A stretch of 64,000 bases of DNA, taken from Rhizodiscina lignyota (Eukaryota). A program made the position numbers and the translations under genes. The stretch lies in the NCBI GenBank assembly GCA_010015805.1, contig ML978129.1, forward strand, positions 744,001 to 808,000, written 5' to 3'. Of the stretch, positions 23,352-36,210 are shown in pieces; the first letter of the stretch is position 1; each line of letters opens with the position of its first letter. Below the pieces are notes generated by a model. It made no database searches, was not told the origin of the DNA, and saw nothing but the letters and a program-made list of their open reading frames with translations.

Positions 23352-25958
23352 TTACGCTAACCGCCTAACTTCTTCCGCAACGGCGTGACACAGCTCCACT
23401 CCGACTCCAGCTCCCGTGAGGACATGAATCCACAGCCGTTGCGTGTCCATCAGTCTGTCGTTCTCGCTCTTCACCTCGGCGATTTTCACCTCGCCTTTCC
23501 CTCCTTTTCCGTCCATCCTCCACAGGAACAGGTCTGGCATTCCTCCACCTCGTTGCCCATACTCCTGCGCCATAACTTTACAAACTGTACCAAGCGCCTC
23601 GCCATCGAAGCACTCAGCAATCTCTAACAAGTCAGAAAGCTCAAAACTCCAGTCTAGTCCGACCACACAAGTCTTGCGCTCATGATGCTCGTCCCAAATT
23701 GATCTGATGATTTCACCAGCTCCACCGTTGCCAATCTTGATGAGCCGATGATTAATTTCACTCAGCCTGCTGGGATAGAATGCATCCGTATGTAGATCGA
23801 GTGGACATGTCTGGAACGGTGTCTGGAAGACATTCGGAACATATTCAAACAGAATGTCATAAAACAGGTATGCGAACAGTGTGCGCACAATCCCGCCTTC
23901 GCTGTGATACCCCTTCCAACCCTGGAGACGGTAATTGCTCAAACACATTGCTTCGACGGAGCATTCACCATTCCCTTCTGCTGGGTCAAGCCAGATTGTT
24001 TTCTGGCCACGCCGCGTTGGGTGAGGGGAGCTGTTCCGTCTCCCGCTGCCATTACTCGTCGTCTCGACCGTGTCCTTTTCGATACGAACGCCAGTGATCT
24101 CCACCTCGACGGGGGCGACGAGACGTACATGAGAAAAGTCATGTTGAGCGCGCTTGGCGACTTTCAGCGCCTTCTCGAGCTTCTTGACCCGTTTCTGGAG
24201 ATCATAGTGGTGAATTATGTGCACAAGTGGGTCCTCAAGGCCTACTTCGCATGTCTGAAGAGCAATACGCTTCCAATGCTTCCTCGCTGCTTCATCAGCT
24301 TGACCAGTTGAAGAACTCAAGGCTGCCATGTAATGCTCTTCGAGAAGAGCCTTACGCTGGTACCAGTCTCCTCGCCTTGAAGTGTGGAATAGGCGTTGGC
24401 CGAGAAGCTCTGTGAGTAATTCATGTTCTCGCTTGTGGTGCTTGAGTTTGCCGTACACATAAGCTCCTTTGTGCAAAATACGCGTGTAAACCCAGGCTGG
24501 CGAAAGCCGTCGGAGATAGGCTCCTTCTCCACTTTGATAGATGCTATCTTCCTTATGTTGTTCCTCAGCGAGTAATATCTTCCATCTTGGATAGACTTCA
24601 TCGCATAGGTCCAAGATGTGTTGAAGTCCTTCATCGGTGGGTTTGCCATTGAACTCGAGTATGTTGTCGATCTTGAATTGCGTTCGCAGGGAAGCTTCAA
24701 ATTCGACTACCAATGACCGAGAAGCGAATATGTTCGCGGATCGCGATACAATGTACTCCGGGAAGTTACGTCTGGCGATTCTGGCAAGTATGATAGTTGT
24801 GAGAGATTTCTCTGTCCACTCCGTCGACCTGTAGAACACCAGATGGACACGCTCGAATAGCTTTAGAGGAGCGAGGGAAAGACGTATACATGGGCCCGTT
24901 TCATCCAAAATCTTCTGAACGAAGAAAGAGTCCCGATTCGTAACCTCATTCTGTCCTGAAACCGACGTAGCATCGTCCTCATCTGGGCCAGAATGTGGAT
25001 TGGCAGATTCTACTGAGCCGCTGCTGTCAACTCGCCGTAAAGTAGTCCAGCCAATTCCGGTTTGCTTGTTGCTCATTCTTCGGAATGCTTTGAGAAGTTC
25101 TGCCTTAGTCTTTCCTTGCACTTTGGCATCCTTTGCAAGAACTTTCAGTTCATCAAGGCGCAGGAGAGACGATGCTTCTTCAAGGGTAGTAATATGATCT
25201 TCTGAGATGTCTGCGAAGGTAAAATCTGCTCCAAGCGTAGTGCCCTTAGGAGGTTCAAGTTCTCCAGGATTTCTCTGTAGCTCAGTGCTTGATTCTGGGA
25301 GGCATCGTTTTTCTCGCAAAGTCGTGATAGCCAATTCCAAGTCGGCTATATCGCTATGGTATCCCAGTGTACCGATACGATGCCACGCCGCAGTCTTTCT
25401 CAAGAACAAGCGGACATATCTACTAAATTAGCCTCTCTTACACTAAATCCGGGGGATAGAGGGTACAAACAGATACTGTGCTTCATAGTTCAATTGTTTC
25501 CAAAATTCAAAGAGTGCTAGCTCTGTTTCGTCGAACAGATGCTTCTCATCCTCAAGGACGGTGTCCAATGCCAGATTGAATGCATCCACATAAATCGAGC
25601 TTTTGCCCCTGACCCATTTGCTCTTGCTTAAACGATCCTTCGCATCTCCGAGCTCTTCAGCTTGCCCAGCTCGGTAAGCTTCATACTCATCGATCGCTTC
25701 CTGATCGGTTTTGACTGGGGGGAGTGCAGTCTCAAGGTCGGTCTGTGAACTTTGAGGGATTCCAGCATCATCTAATGCATGCTCGGCGACACCATACTCG
25801 TCGTCCTTCGGCCGCAGTAAAGGGGAGGCGGCGATTGAGTCGATGTCAGATGTGTCCCCAGTTTCTTCTCGTCTGAGCCGTTTCACCAGTCGCGGGCTGG
25901 AGTTTTCATCCCCCTCGTAGTTCGTAGATTTTGGATGTGGAATACGGGTGCCGAGCAT
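23352..25958 (-). CDS. FAN1: Fanconi-associated nuclease 1 (VRR-NUC domain)
   Basis: Intron 25470-25420 restores EAQYLYVRLFLRK. Later motifs are SVEAMCL..Y...GWKGYHSEGG, FQTPFQTCPLDL and GGMPDLFLW...AEVKSENDRL (PD-(D/E)xK VRR-NUC). Start is uncertain (25958 or 25994). Confidence 0.92.
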
Positions 25959-26053
25959 CCTGTTGTGGTCTGCTGTACTGCATTGCTGCAACATGAGTGA
26001 ATTTTCCCACTTGAATGATGTTTTACGTTGAACGGGGCCGTTGTTGCCTCGAG

Positions 26054-26082
26054 TCGCGTCAACGGTGGAAGCCAAGTCGCGT
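26054..26082. promoter_or_regulatory. Two MCB-like TCGCGT elements upstream of FAN1
   Basis: TCGCGT at 26054-26059 and 26077-26082, each within AGTCGCGTC, about 100 bp upstream of the start. Confidence 0.5.
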
Positions 26083-26282
26083 CGATCGACACGATAACAC
26101 GTGACATATATCAAATTTTAGGCCACATTGGCAGGTCAACTTTTTGAGACTCAAAATCCATTTTACTTGTAAATGTACTTCTATAAAGCAAAGGTGCTGC
26201 TCGCAAGCAAGGACGCCGCAAAATGCTATCCTAGATTTGGACCAACGCCATCCATATGCACCACTGCAGATTCCCGATCCTA

Positions 26283-27582
26283 TCAAACTGCAACCGCCGG
26301 AGCGTCGTGCGGGATGTTCAGAATCTGAAGAACATTATCCTGTTTCGCCTTCTTCGGAGGAGCAAGTTCCATCTGAGCCGTAAATTCTCGTGCCCTTGCT
26401 CGCTTCTCTGCGCGAGGCTGCCTGTTCGTAATACCTAGAACCTCGTCCAGATTAGCGGCTTCCTCACGTAGGTCATGCATTTCCAGCGCCATAGCGCAAT
26501 CCTCATAACCTTTGCCCTGATTCATAGCCTGATATTTTGGATCTTTTCCCATCATATGTTGCGCAAGGAGAAATTTTGTGTTGCCCCATCGATTTTCCAC
26601 CGATAGTGCCATCCTGAAGTACTCCTGCGAGACGACGAACCACGGCAACTTGCCTCCTTGCTCTTTTGACCGGAAAACCGATGGGTTCTTCTCTGCTGCC
26701 GTCGCAAGCATAGCGCCATCAACGCCGTACTCTTGAATGAGTTGAAGGGCCTGCTCTCTATCCTCTACATCTCCGTTCATAACGCACGCCACACCAGCTT
26801 CTCGGCATACGGATGCGATCATTCTCAACTGTTGGCGGATGGCGCGCTCCCTAGGTCGCATAGGCGTCGTCCGACAGTGTATCGTCAATCCCGTAATACC
26901 CGTCGCAACCAACTTCCGGACAAGTGCTTCTGTCTTTTCTGATGTCTCCAGTAGTCGTATCTTCACACTTATTCCAATCTCAAACACCTGCCCAACTTCC
27001 TTCACCAATGCTTCCAAAATTGAGCACAGCTTGTCTGGTGTCCGCAGGAGCGCTGCCCCCATTCCGCCGGAAGTGCTGAACGGCTTAGGACATCCAGCGT
27101 TAACATCAATGCCTGCTACATCTCCAGCTACAAGCGTCGCGGCTTGCACGGCAGTTTCTGGGTTTGCAGTGCCGATTTGGTAGATTAACTTGCCACGTTC
27201 GAGCTCTGGATGTATTCGATAGATAATGCTTTCGCGCTGGTCGGGGTTGAGAGCTGGGTTTTTGAGGCCATTTGAGGAAAGACGGGTGAATTCGACAGTA
27301 TTCGTTCGAGGATTGATACGTCGAGTGGTGCCTATCATAGCACGATCAATCGTTTCCGGACCTGAAGACTGTCAGAAATTCCAGAGGAGTTACTGTAATC
27401 TATGACATACCCCATACTAGATCTGCGCCATATCTCAGAGCAAGGAGTCTCGATGGGAGTTCTCCAGATCTGACCATCGGCGCGAGCACGACCTTGCCGC
27501 GGTAATCAACTCCATTTCTTGGAATAGGAACGCGCTTGGATGGGAAGATTTCCGTCATGATGCGTGCAAGTGCTCGAAACAT
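26283..27582 (-). CDS. DUS2: tRNA-dihydrouridine(20) synthase Dus2/Smm1
   Basis: LAPMVRSGELPSRLLALRYGADLVWG, intron 27410-27362, then PETID, QIGTA, IDVNAGCPK, SVKIR and HCRT. Confidence 0.92.
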
Positions 27583-27947
27583 CCCATAACTGGGCTGTGC
27601 GGATGTTCGTGGATAGCGATAGTAGAAGGTTGACGCTGAAGAGTCAACTTCCAAAAAAAGTTCCGACTGCGGGCCGGGACTTGGATCACCGCCATACTTC
27701 GTAAATTGACACCGTGCCAAAGCTTCAGTGCAAACAACTTAGAAAAAGAGCCAATTTCGTTTCCATTCCCTGGCTAGCTAGAACGTGTTTTGTTTCCTCT
27801 CAAACATTAGAAGTGGCTGCGTGGCGAAAGGTTCATATGTCCTAGATCCTGTCCCGTTCGATATTAACCACGGCATTTCGAATCTCTGAAAGATTTTATC
27901 ATATTTAAATCTCAATCTTATTATTATAATCGCTATCCCTACCAAAT

Positions 27948-28643
27948 ATGACGCAGGACGTCTCCTCAAATGCACCATCAACAGAGATCAATGAATCCTC
28001 AACTGAGGAGCCACCACCCTTTCCACTCACGACAATAGACCGCGAACTTCTGGCGATGAAAGATGAGGACTTCACGCCAATATCATGGGATATGCTGGCC
28101 CATTACATATCAACTAACCAATTGGAAGAGCTGAAACGGTTTCCTTCCCAATTGCGCCTCTATCTCGCCTGGAGTCGCGACATCAAAGCCAAGTACGGCA
28201 ACGTCACCAACTTTATCCTCCAAGAGCGATTAGGCTGGGTGCCACTACCATCTTCAGATCCCAATGCTGCACCACGGTTCGATTACAAGGACCCCGTGCC
28301 ATTCAAAGAGCCGAGCGACTTCAAAGTGCTGATTAATGATTGGCCCTATGGCTTTGCGAAAGGGATCATGCACATTGTCGTGTGGCTGAAGACGCCCGTA
28401 CCAGCGGATCCCGAGACAGGAATGATCACCGATGAAGGTGCGACATTGATTAGAGATTTTATGGAGCGATACTTTGTCAAGAGAATGAGAGAGACAGGGT
28501 TGCTGGGGGAGAAAGAGGAGAGTCAGAAGCGGGTTATGTGGTTCAAAAACTGGATCAAGCTACAGAGCGTCAGGGCCATTGAGCACGTCCATGTTCTTGT
28601 TCGGGGTGCAAGTGAAGAGCTTTTGCAAGAATGGCGCGGTTAG
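27948..28643 (+). CDS. GIG1-like N-acetylglucosamine-induced protein (DUF3605)
   Basis: Motifs KVLINDWPYG, HIVVWLK and WFKNWIKLQSVRAIEHVHV. Confidence 0.85.
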   Translation: MTQDVSSNAPSTEINESSTEEPPPFPLTTIDRELLAMKDEDFTPISWDMLAHYISTNQLEELKRFPSQLRLYLAWSRDIKAKYGNVTNFILQERLGWVPLPSSDPNAAPRFDYKDPVPFKEPSDFKVLINDWPYGFAKGIMHIVVWLKTPVPADPETGMITDEGATLIRDFMERYFVKRMRETGLLGEKEESQKRVMWFKNWIKLQSVRAIEHVHVLVRGASEELLQEWRG

Positions 28644-29214
28644 AACGTGACCGAAGGTTGAAATGGCGCTTCAACAGTAGCACCGGGTGGATTACATCAG
28701 AATAATGGAAGGGGGTTGGAGTCGTCGTGATGAGTCGTCGTGACTTAGATCCACCACACGCAGAAAAAGTAGGACATGCAGAACAGGTTTAAAGAGTCGT
28801 GTTCAAAGGCCGATACCAATAGAAATACATGAATGTCGCAGCCCTGGGTATGGTGTGGTGCAATTCGATCCTTCAGACTCCATCCATTCCTCGCATCGCG
28901 AAACATATCCCCTCTCAGTCCCAGCAGTCGCTGACGCTCTCAATCAAAACGCGTTCAATTACGCCTGGTCAGAGGCGCAATGGCCGCATCGACCGGATCG
29001 ATCAGATTCACAATGCATATGGAGTCTGTATTGGGGAATTGTATATCCTTTTACCTGTAGAAGATGGCCCTGGCTGGGGATCCCACTCTGGAGTGATCGA
29101 TCTGGGTTCTGCTACGGTCCACCAAGTGCTCGGATGACGAAATCCTTCATGCCTGAGCGACTTTCAGCAAGAGCTTATAAAACTCTTTTACTGTGAAGAA
29201 ATTGGAAAAGATCA

Positions 29215-30399
29215 TTACGAGTGGGTCGATTGAGCAACGTGGTTCTGTGCAGCAGCTTGGCGCACAGGGTTGAAGTAAGGGTGAGCCATGGCTTCCTTCG
29301 CAGTGAGGCGCTCCTGGAATATTATTAGTATATCGTTTATAGAGAAGCGCCAGAACAGAACAAACCTGATGGTCATATCTAAGAAGTTTGTCCAAGAAAT
29401 CGATGGCATCGTTGCTGATAAATCGCTGATTGTCGGAATTGATGAAGCTATGCCAGCTCTTCTTCGGGAACCTCCCAAGGATGTCATCGTACTGCGCGTC
29501 AAGCTCGATGTCGTACTTGTCCAAATAGTCGAACAGCTCCTCCGTACCCAGCACCTTTGCAATCTTCACCAGCTGGTCGGAATTGCTGTTGCCGTGGAAG
29601 AACGGCTCCTTCCGGAAGATCATTGACGCAAACATCGCACCCAGAGACCACATATCAAGCGAGTAATCGTATTCTTGAAAATCGACCAGCAGCTCTGGGC
29701 CCTTGAAGTATCGCGAAGCCACGCGCACGTTGTATTCCGTGCCTTGATGATAGAACTCCGCCAATCCCCAATCGATCAGTCTGAGCTTGCGCTTCTCGTG
29801 ATCTATCATGACGTTGTGCGGCTTGACATCCCGGTGCATGATGCCTTTGCTGTGGCAGTAGTCGAGCGCTTTGAGGAGTTCGAAGATGTAGTAGCGCACA
29901 TCATAGTCGATGAACTTCGGGTAGAGACTGCGGAAGTCGGTATTGTTGACGTATTCGAAGATCAACGATGGGGTCTTGCTCTTTCAAAGTAAGATGTCAG
30001 CGAAAATGGTCTATGTTCGCTCCATACACTGCCCTCCACTTACCTGGTTATCTCGCACAACATCCAGCAGCGCAACGATATTCGGCCCTCCGGACAGGTT
30101 CTGCAGAATCTTGATCTCGCGCTTTATCTTCTTCTTCTTGACTGGCTTGAGGACCTTGATGACGCATTTCTGATAGTTGACGATGTTTATGCCTTCAAAT
30201 ACTTCAGAGTATTTCCCCCTGCCTGATACTCGAGTTAGTCACAGGGCTCTGCGACCAGATATCCGCGCCTGAACAGCCACTAACCTATCTTCCGTACAAC
30301 CTCATAGCTCTCCAATGCACCCCAGGAGATGTTCACACTATCGTAGTCCCAATAGGACCGGGGCATATTGGCGTTAACATCCGCGTAGACCCGCGCCAT
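29215..30399 (-). CDS. CKA1: Casein kinase II catalytic subunit alpha
   Basis: [58 protein letters not shown] and [11 protein letters not shown]. Three introns at about 30224-30284, 29983-30043 and 29314-29366. Ends [14 protein letters not shown]...THS. Confidence 0.97.
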
Positions 30400-30746
30400 C
30401 TTGCGCGACCTGAGTCTCTACCTCGTTAAGATCGATATCAGGGCTGGATGGTTGATGTTGAAGTGGAAGACGTGTGCGCGACGACGTTTGACAAAGATTG
30501 GAGCGAGATCTGCGCAAATTTGCGCTTCGTCCAGCTTTAAAGGCAGGCGATAGTGGGGGGTGTTAGTGTTCAGGTCGAGCCTCCCCACAAGTGGTGGCCA
30601 TTGCGGAGGCTGTATCGGAATCAATTTTTGCCGAACTCCGAAGTGTGACATCCCGGCCCCAGTCAAAAGTTGAAGAGCTTCAACTGGGAACAATAGAAGC
30701 GCTTCCTTCATCTCATTACGCTTCCGAGTCAACCAGGTGATCAATC

Positions 30747-31769
30747 ATGTTCTATGACTTGAACGTTCCCTGGACCGACAACAATGTCGAGCTCCAGCGC
30801 ACTGTTGCCTTCCTTCACGAACGTGAGCGAATGACCGCCCCGATTGCAAGCATATCGTAGTAACAGCTGCTAGTGGGGTACGATGTCATCGCTCTCACCA
30901 ACCATATATCTGGAAAAGTTCCAAATGATCTAGTAAGTTAAATTGGGTCAAGTCTTTCATTTTTACTTCAAATATCTAACAAGATTCTGTAGAAACCACC
31001 AATACCATCTCCATTACCCTTTCCTACTCCACCCAAACTTCGCTTCCTCCGCCGATGCACCCTCTCACTCTCCGATCCCGCCCAAAACCACCGCATTTCA
31101 GCTTTAAATCAAGCCTATGACATCCTTGCTCTTCGTCCTACGGACGAGAAAACGCTTCAACAAGCCTGCACCAATCTCGATTGCGACCTCATATCCCTCG
31201 ACCTGACGATCCGTTATCCCTTCTACTTACGCTTCACCACGCTTGCCGCAGCGCTAAACCGTGGCATCAAGTTCGAGATATGCTACGCAGCTGGTGTCTT
31301 AGCGTCGGATAGCCACGCGAGGCGCAACTTGATCAGCAATGCGACGCAGTTGATTCGAGCGACGAGAGGAAGAGGCCTGGTAATTAGCAGCGAGGCGAGG
31401 AGAGCGGCGGGATGTAGAGGTCCATGGGACGTTGTGAATTTGGCGGCGGTGTGGGGTCTCAGTCAAGAAAAGGGAAAGGAGGCAGTTAGTACACTGGCTA
31501 GAAGCCTGGTGGTGAACGCTGGTCTGAAAAGGACGAGCTATAAAGGTGTGGTGGATGTCGTCTATGGTGGAGAGGCCCCATCTTTGTCTGCCCAGGCTAA
31601 GGGGAAGGGCCAAGATGGAAGTAATAAACGGTCCAATGGAGAGATGGAAGGTATGCAGGAGAACAGAAAGTCCGAGAAGCCGCTGTCAAAGAGGGAGATG
31701 AAAAGACAGGCCAAGAGGGCAAAATTGGAGGCAGAGCAAACTGGGCAACCGGAAAATGCAGCATCTTAG
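30747..31769 (+). CDS. RPP1: RNase P/MRP protein subunit p30 (Rpp1)
   Basis: MFYDLNVPW. Introns 30823-30873 and 30933-30992. Then YDILALRPTDEK, DLISLDL, GIKFEICY and RRNLISNA...RGRGLVISSEA...RGPWDVVNL. Confidence 0.92.
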
Positions 31770-31854
31770 AAGTCGCTTGCATACGCCAGAATCGAAGGCA
31801 TGAGACAGTCCACGGATGGCGATCCGAAGAAAGTGATTCCACTGCAACGAGATA

Positions 31855-33533
31855 TCACAATCGCGGAGCAGGGTGCCACTTCGCATAAGGATGGTCGGAC
31901 GTAAGAGGAACAAGATGATCCACATCGGACGTGTTGAGCAGCCTGGGATGCACCTGGGAGAGGTTTTTGATGCCAATGAGCTTCATGACACTCTCCATCT
32001 CGTCTTTCAAGACTGTTCTCCACATTAGCATGACTGGTTCCATCACAATTGGGTAAGTACCACGCGTACTGTCAACGAGGTGCTCCGCTCCCTCCGTGCC
32101 GTAGTTCAGCGAATACAGAAACGTCCTTCCCATTCCCACCGCTTTGGCTCCGAGACACAGCGCCTTGATGATGTCGCCGCCTCTTCGTATCCCGCCGTCG
32201 ACATAGACCTCCATGCGTTCGAAGATCTCCGGACATTGTTTATGCATCTCCAGCAGCAGCAAAATCGACGGCGGTGCGTAATCCAGGTTCCTTCCGCCGT
32301 GGTTGCTCAGCAAAATACCATCCACTTTATACTGCATTGCGAGCTTCGCATCCTCAGCGCAGGTAATGCCTTTAAGCACAATGGGAAGATCGGTAAGACT
32401 CCGTATCCAGTCTAAATCAGGCCAAGTCAGAGCTTGATCGATGTAACTGCCCATCGTGCGTGTCAGTCCGCCACCCTTTTTATCCGTGACGACTCGCTGA
32501 CCCGTTACTGGGTTAATGACGACCTCGTCGACTCTGAGACGTTCGTCAGATTCGCGCTTAGCTCTGCCGGCGGCGTCAACAGTCACGAATATGGCACGGA
32601 ATCCAAGTTTGGCGGCCTGAGCGATGGTCTCTTCAGACTTCTTGCGATCCTTGTTCACATAGAGTTGGAACAAGAAGGGGTAATCTGGAGCTTCTGCAAG
32701 AACTTGATCCAAGGGGTGACTTGCGGCGGTCGATAGCTGAGATTGCTTAACATGTGTATTGGTAACAGGATAGAGGGGAAGCTTACGATCTCCAGAATGC
32801 CTGAAGATTTTGCTGCTCTTGCCAGGCCCTTCTCTCCTTCGGGATTGATCATCCTGGCCAAACCAGTGGGACAAATGAATAGCGGCACCTTCACTGGAAT
32901 GCCAAGAATGCTGCTCGAGGTATCAACTTCGGCAACATCTTTCATGACCCTGGGCCGGAACCATATTCTCTTGTACATGGATTCATTCATATCTCTGGTC
33001 CAGCAGTCAGTAGCAGCGGTTGAGTAAAACGCGTAAGTCTTCTTCGAGGCTGTCCGTGCGGCAACCTCTTCAAAGTCGTAACTACAAATTGTCAGCCTAG
33101 TCATTGCACATGCAGAAGACTTGTGGAACACTATACGCGTTGATGATGTTATGTAATGGTGGCTTCTCATTTTCTGGAACGGCCTGAGTTGGATTTGCCG
33201 CTACCGGCTCCTGAGCCCATTCTGCATTGATAGTTGAACGATCGAGGTTGCCTTTGAAACACTCGGGGGAGAGATTGTCCCTGACGATTGATGGGCTGTG
33301 GAATTCCGCATACGCTTTTGTGGCATCGCGTCCAGCATATTTCAAGATGACTGGGAGAATTAGATTTTGCTTGACGAAGTGGTACGGTGCAGAAACTGAC
33401 GCGAGGCTCCCCCAGGATGGTCATATACAAATGTCGTGACATCCCAAACTTGGTCATCAATTACAATCCAGCAGTCTGAATCCTTCTTGTGCTGAGATAT
33501 TTCTTGAGTGGAGACCAGTTTTACATCCTCCAT
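31855..33533 (-). CDS. Flavocytochrome b2-like FMN-dependent alpha-hydroxy-acid dehydrogenase (cytochrome b5 + FMN domains)
   Basis: N-terminal cytochrome b5 domain (DCWIVIDDQVWDVT..HPGG, AGRDAT). FMN domain motifs RIWFRPRVM, FQLYV, VTVDA, VLKGI, LSNHGGR and VDGGIRRGGD. Several introns, the last at 32069-32013. Ends APRL. Confidence 0.9.
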
Positions 33534-33789
33534 CGTGAGAATCAAATGGAATGAACGGAACTGATTATGCTTCCTGAAAGGCAAGAAGATTATGGAAATA
33601 TGCAGACCAAACCAATAAAATCCTAGGTATTAGCTAGAAAATTCTTTTGCACATATCGTTTATCTTAAAACGCCTCCATTCCCGATCTCTCTTGGCCGAT
33701 ATCCGATATGCCCACGGAGGCTTTAGTTATAATGTCCAGCTGGTCAAAAACCTTAAATGTTTATGTCAGCTTTGCCTTCTCTCAGCGAC

Positions 33790-33900
33790 GAAGTCCGTAG
33801 CTTCACAACAAACAATTTCCTACGTAGAAAAGAAGATACTATAAGTAATATTTTAGATTATAAAACTAAATAGCTATAAAAATCTATAACTTTTAAGTCG
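33790..33900. other. Short AT-rich, TpA-rich patch (possible RIP-mutated relic)
   Basis: Sequence such as ATAAGTAATATTTTAGATTATAAAACTAAATAGCTATAAAAATCTATAACTTTTAAG contrasts with the roughly balanced composition of the flanks. Confidence 0.4.
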
Positions 33901-34668
33901 CGTTTTCACGGATTTTAGGTATACAGAAATCGTGCTCTGTACGCTGTCTTGGCATAGTCTGTACGTCAATCCTCACGTGACTGAAGAGGCTAAGCTACGT
34001 CGGTCTTAGTCAGGCTGCTGCCGTCTGGACATTATAACTAAAGCCCACACGGGCGGTATGCCTCCGCGCACGGTACAAGTCCGATCGGAAAAGTTAGACC
34101 AATTCTGGATGTATTGACAGATGTTATGCTATGGTCAGCCGTAAGGCTTAATGCGTACCAGAGTAGGTTTCCGGTCAAAATACTTTCTTCTGCACAGAAT
34201 TGATGAATCTCACTAATCTTTTAACCTCTCAAAGCATCTCGCAGAAAGGCTCACAATGCCTAATATGGACCTCGAGAACCGTCTCTTCGGTGACGGCACC
34301 CCCATTTCCATCGTCCAATAACTTGTCTATCTAGCTCCCGTATGCTACTCTACTTGGGGATACAATACATGGGACCTGCAGTAGGCTCTTGCAGAGCAGC
34401 AACCGTCCAACTATCACTTAGGAAAACATCATCGTGTATTTCTATACGGACAAAATCACTATAGCGTTGTTTTACTGGGTGGATCATTTCCCCATGCATT
34501 TCTAGTCTCATTCGCAATACCACATGCCCCTCATGTCAATACGGCATACTTTGAACCGAGATGACTAGGCACGAGAAGATGGTAGGCTTTTCTGAAAGTC
34601 CAGTGGGTTCTCTCACAAAGTTTCCAATACATCTTCTCGATTTAATGATGGCCAATCTGGGGCTCCAC

Positions 34669-36210
34669 ATGATGTATTCCATTCTCTTGAGTTTGAATCT
34701 GGCAATTGCCTTGATTAGCGCTTCTGACCTCCCTAATCACATTCGCGTCTCGATACCGACAAATGTTCCAACGATAGCGTCAGGAGTCATCGATCATGCG
34801 TATCCTGGCTTTGCTATAGCACAACATGCCTTTCAAGATTACGCAGGCAACTTGTCGCATCCAAACATCTTCTCGCGAAACCTGATCAATTCCGTAACTG
34901 AAAAGACCGGGACAGCGGTTCACATTCGAGTAGGAGGGACATCCGGTGATGTAGCAATATATATCCCAACCCAGAATGTGAGCATCGTGCTACCTCCATG
35001 AGCTACACCAGGTGGCATTCCTGCAGGAATCAAACTTGGACCGGCCTGGTTTGAAGGCTTTGCAAGCTTCCCAGGCGTTCAATGGACCTATATGGCACAT
35101 CTGGCTCTCAACACAAGCGGGGCCGAAGCCAATGCTGTGGCAGAAGTGAAAGAAGCCCTGAAATACATTGGCCAGAATCTCGAGGCACTCGAAGTGGGCA
35201 ACGAAGTGGATCTATATCCAGGCCGAGTACGATCGGCGAACTATTCGGTCAGAGAGTATATTCACGAATGGATGAATTATACATCCGCGATCAACAGCCA
35301 GGTCTTAGCCGGTACGGGATACGCAAATATATCGATCTACCAAGCTCCAGTCTACGCTGACCATCGGGAGCCGTGGCTCATCGCCACCACTTTCGAAGAA
35401 GGCATCGACAAGAATAATAATATAAAGTCAGCGTCTTTACACCATTACATGGAAACTGGTAACTTGCCAACTATCACTCGGCAAGCATCATTCATGAACC
35501 ATACTGCAATCGTCAACAATCTAAGCTACTTCTCGCAGCCCGTCAATTGGCTGAAACAACACCATCCTGATATCCCGGTATACCTCGCCGAGACAAACAG
35601 TGATACGGCCAGTACCAATGATACGGATTTGATAGGTGTATTTGGAAGCGCATTGTGGTTGGCGGACTACATGCTGTATGGCATGACGCTCAACATCCGC
35701 CGAATGAACATTCAGCTCAGCACGGGATTCGACTATACGTCCTGGCGGCCCGTGGAATACTTTGGCGCTCCACCAGCTGTACTTCCGCCGTACTATGCCC
35801 AGGTTTTCGTCGCAGACGTTATTGGAGCACCGGACGACGTGCGGATCTCCAACTTGGATCTGGGGCCGGATTTGTTATCTGCATATACTGTGTTCAGCGC
35901 CAACAGTGAGAAGATTGCGAAGGCTGTGCTAGTTAATCTCGAAGAATGGAATACTACTACTACATATCCAAGCCCGTCAACGCAAGTGCAGCTCTTGACG
36001 CCAATAAAAGGCCTTTGGCGGATCGAGAAGCTTACAGCTCCTGGTGCGGAGTCACTGGCGAATATCACCTGGGCTGGCACGAGTTGGACGTACGAGAGCA
36101 ATGGACTCCCGATACAGGTAGCAGACACAACGGAGTACGTCCATTCGATGAAAGGCGTGCTCGATGTTCGGATACGAGCGAGCGAGGCACTGTTACTTAC
36201 GCTTTGCTAA
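34669..36210 (+). pseudogene. Secreted GH79 (beta-glucuronidase family) gene interrupted by one in-frame TGA
   Basis: Signal-like MMYSILLSLNLAIALISA (other in-frame ATGs at 34561 and 34645), IRVGGTSGD, EVGNEVDLY (acid/base), YLAETNS (nucleophile) and FGSALWLADY. ORFs 34561-35001 and 35092-36210 are in the same frame, separated only by TGA 34999-35001. Confidence 0.8.

Noticed and set aside
28719..28743. Tandem duplication GAGTCGTCGTGA x2
   Set aside because: Only two short copies in a 3' intergenic region. This is not an array, and there is no CRISPR-like spacer structure.
29147..29370. Alternative C-terminus of CK2-alpha in the ORF track
   Set aside because: It is read-through of an ordinary intron. 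The spliced form restores the conserved [14 protein letters not shown].
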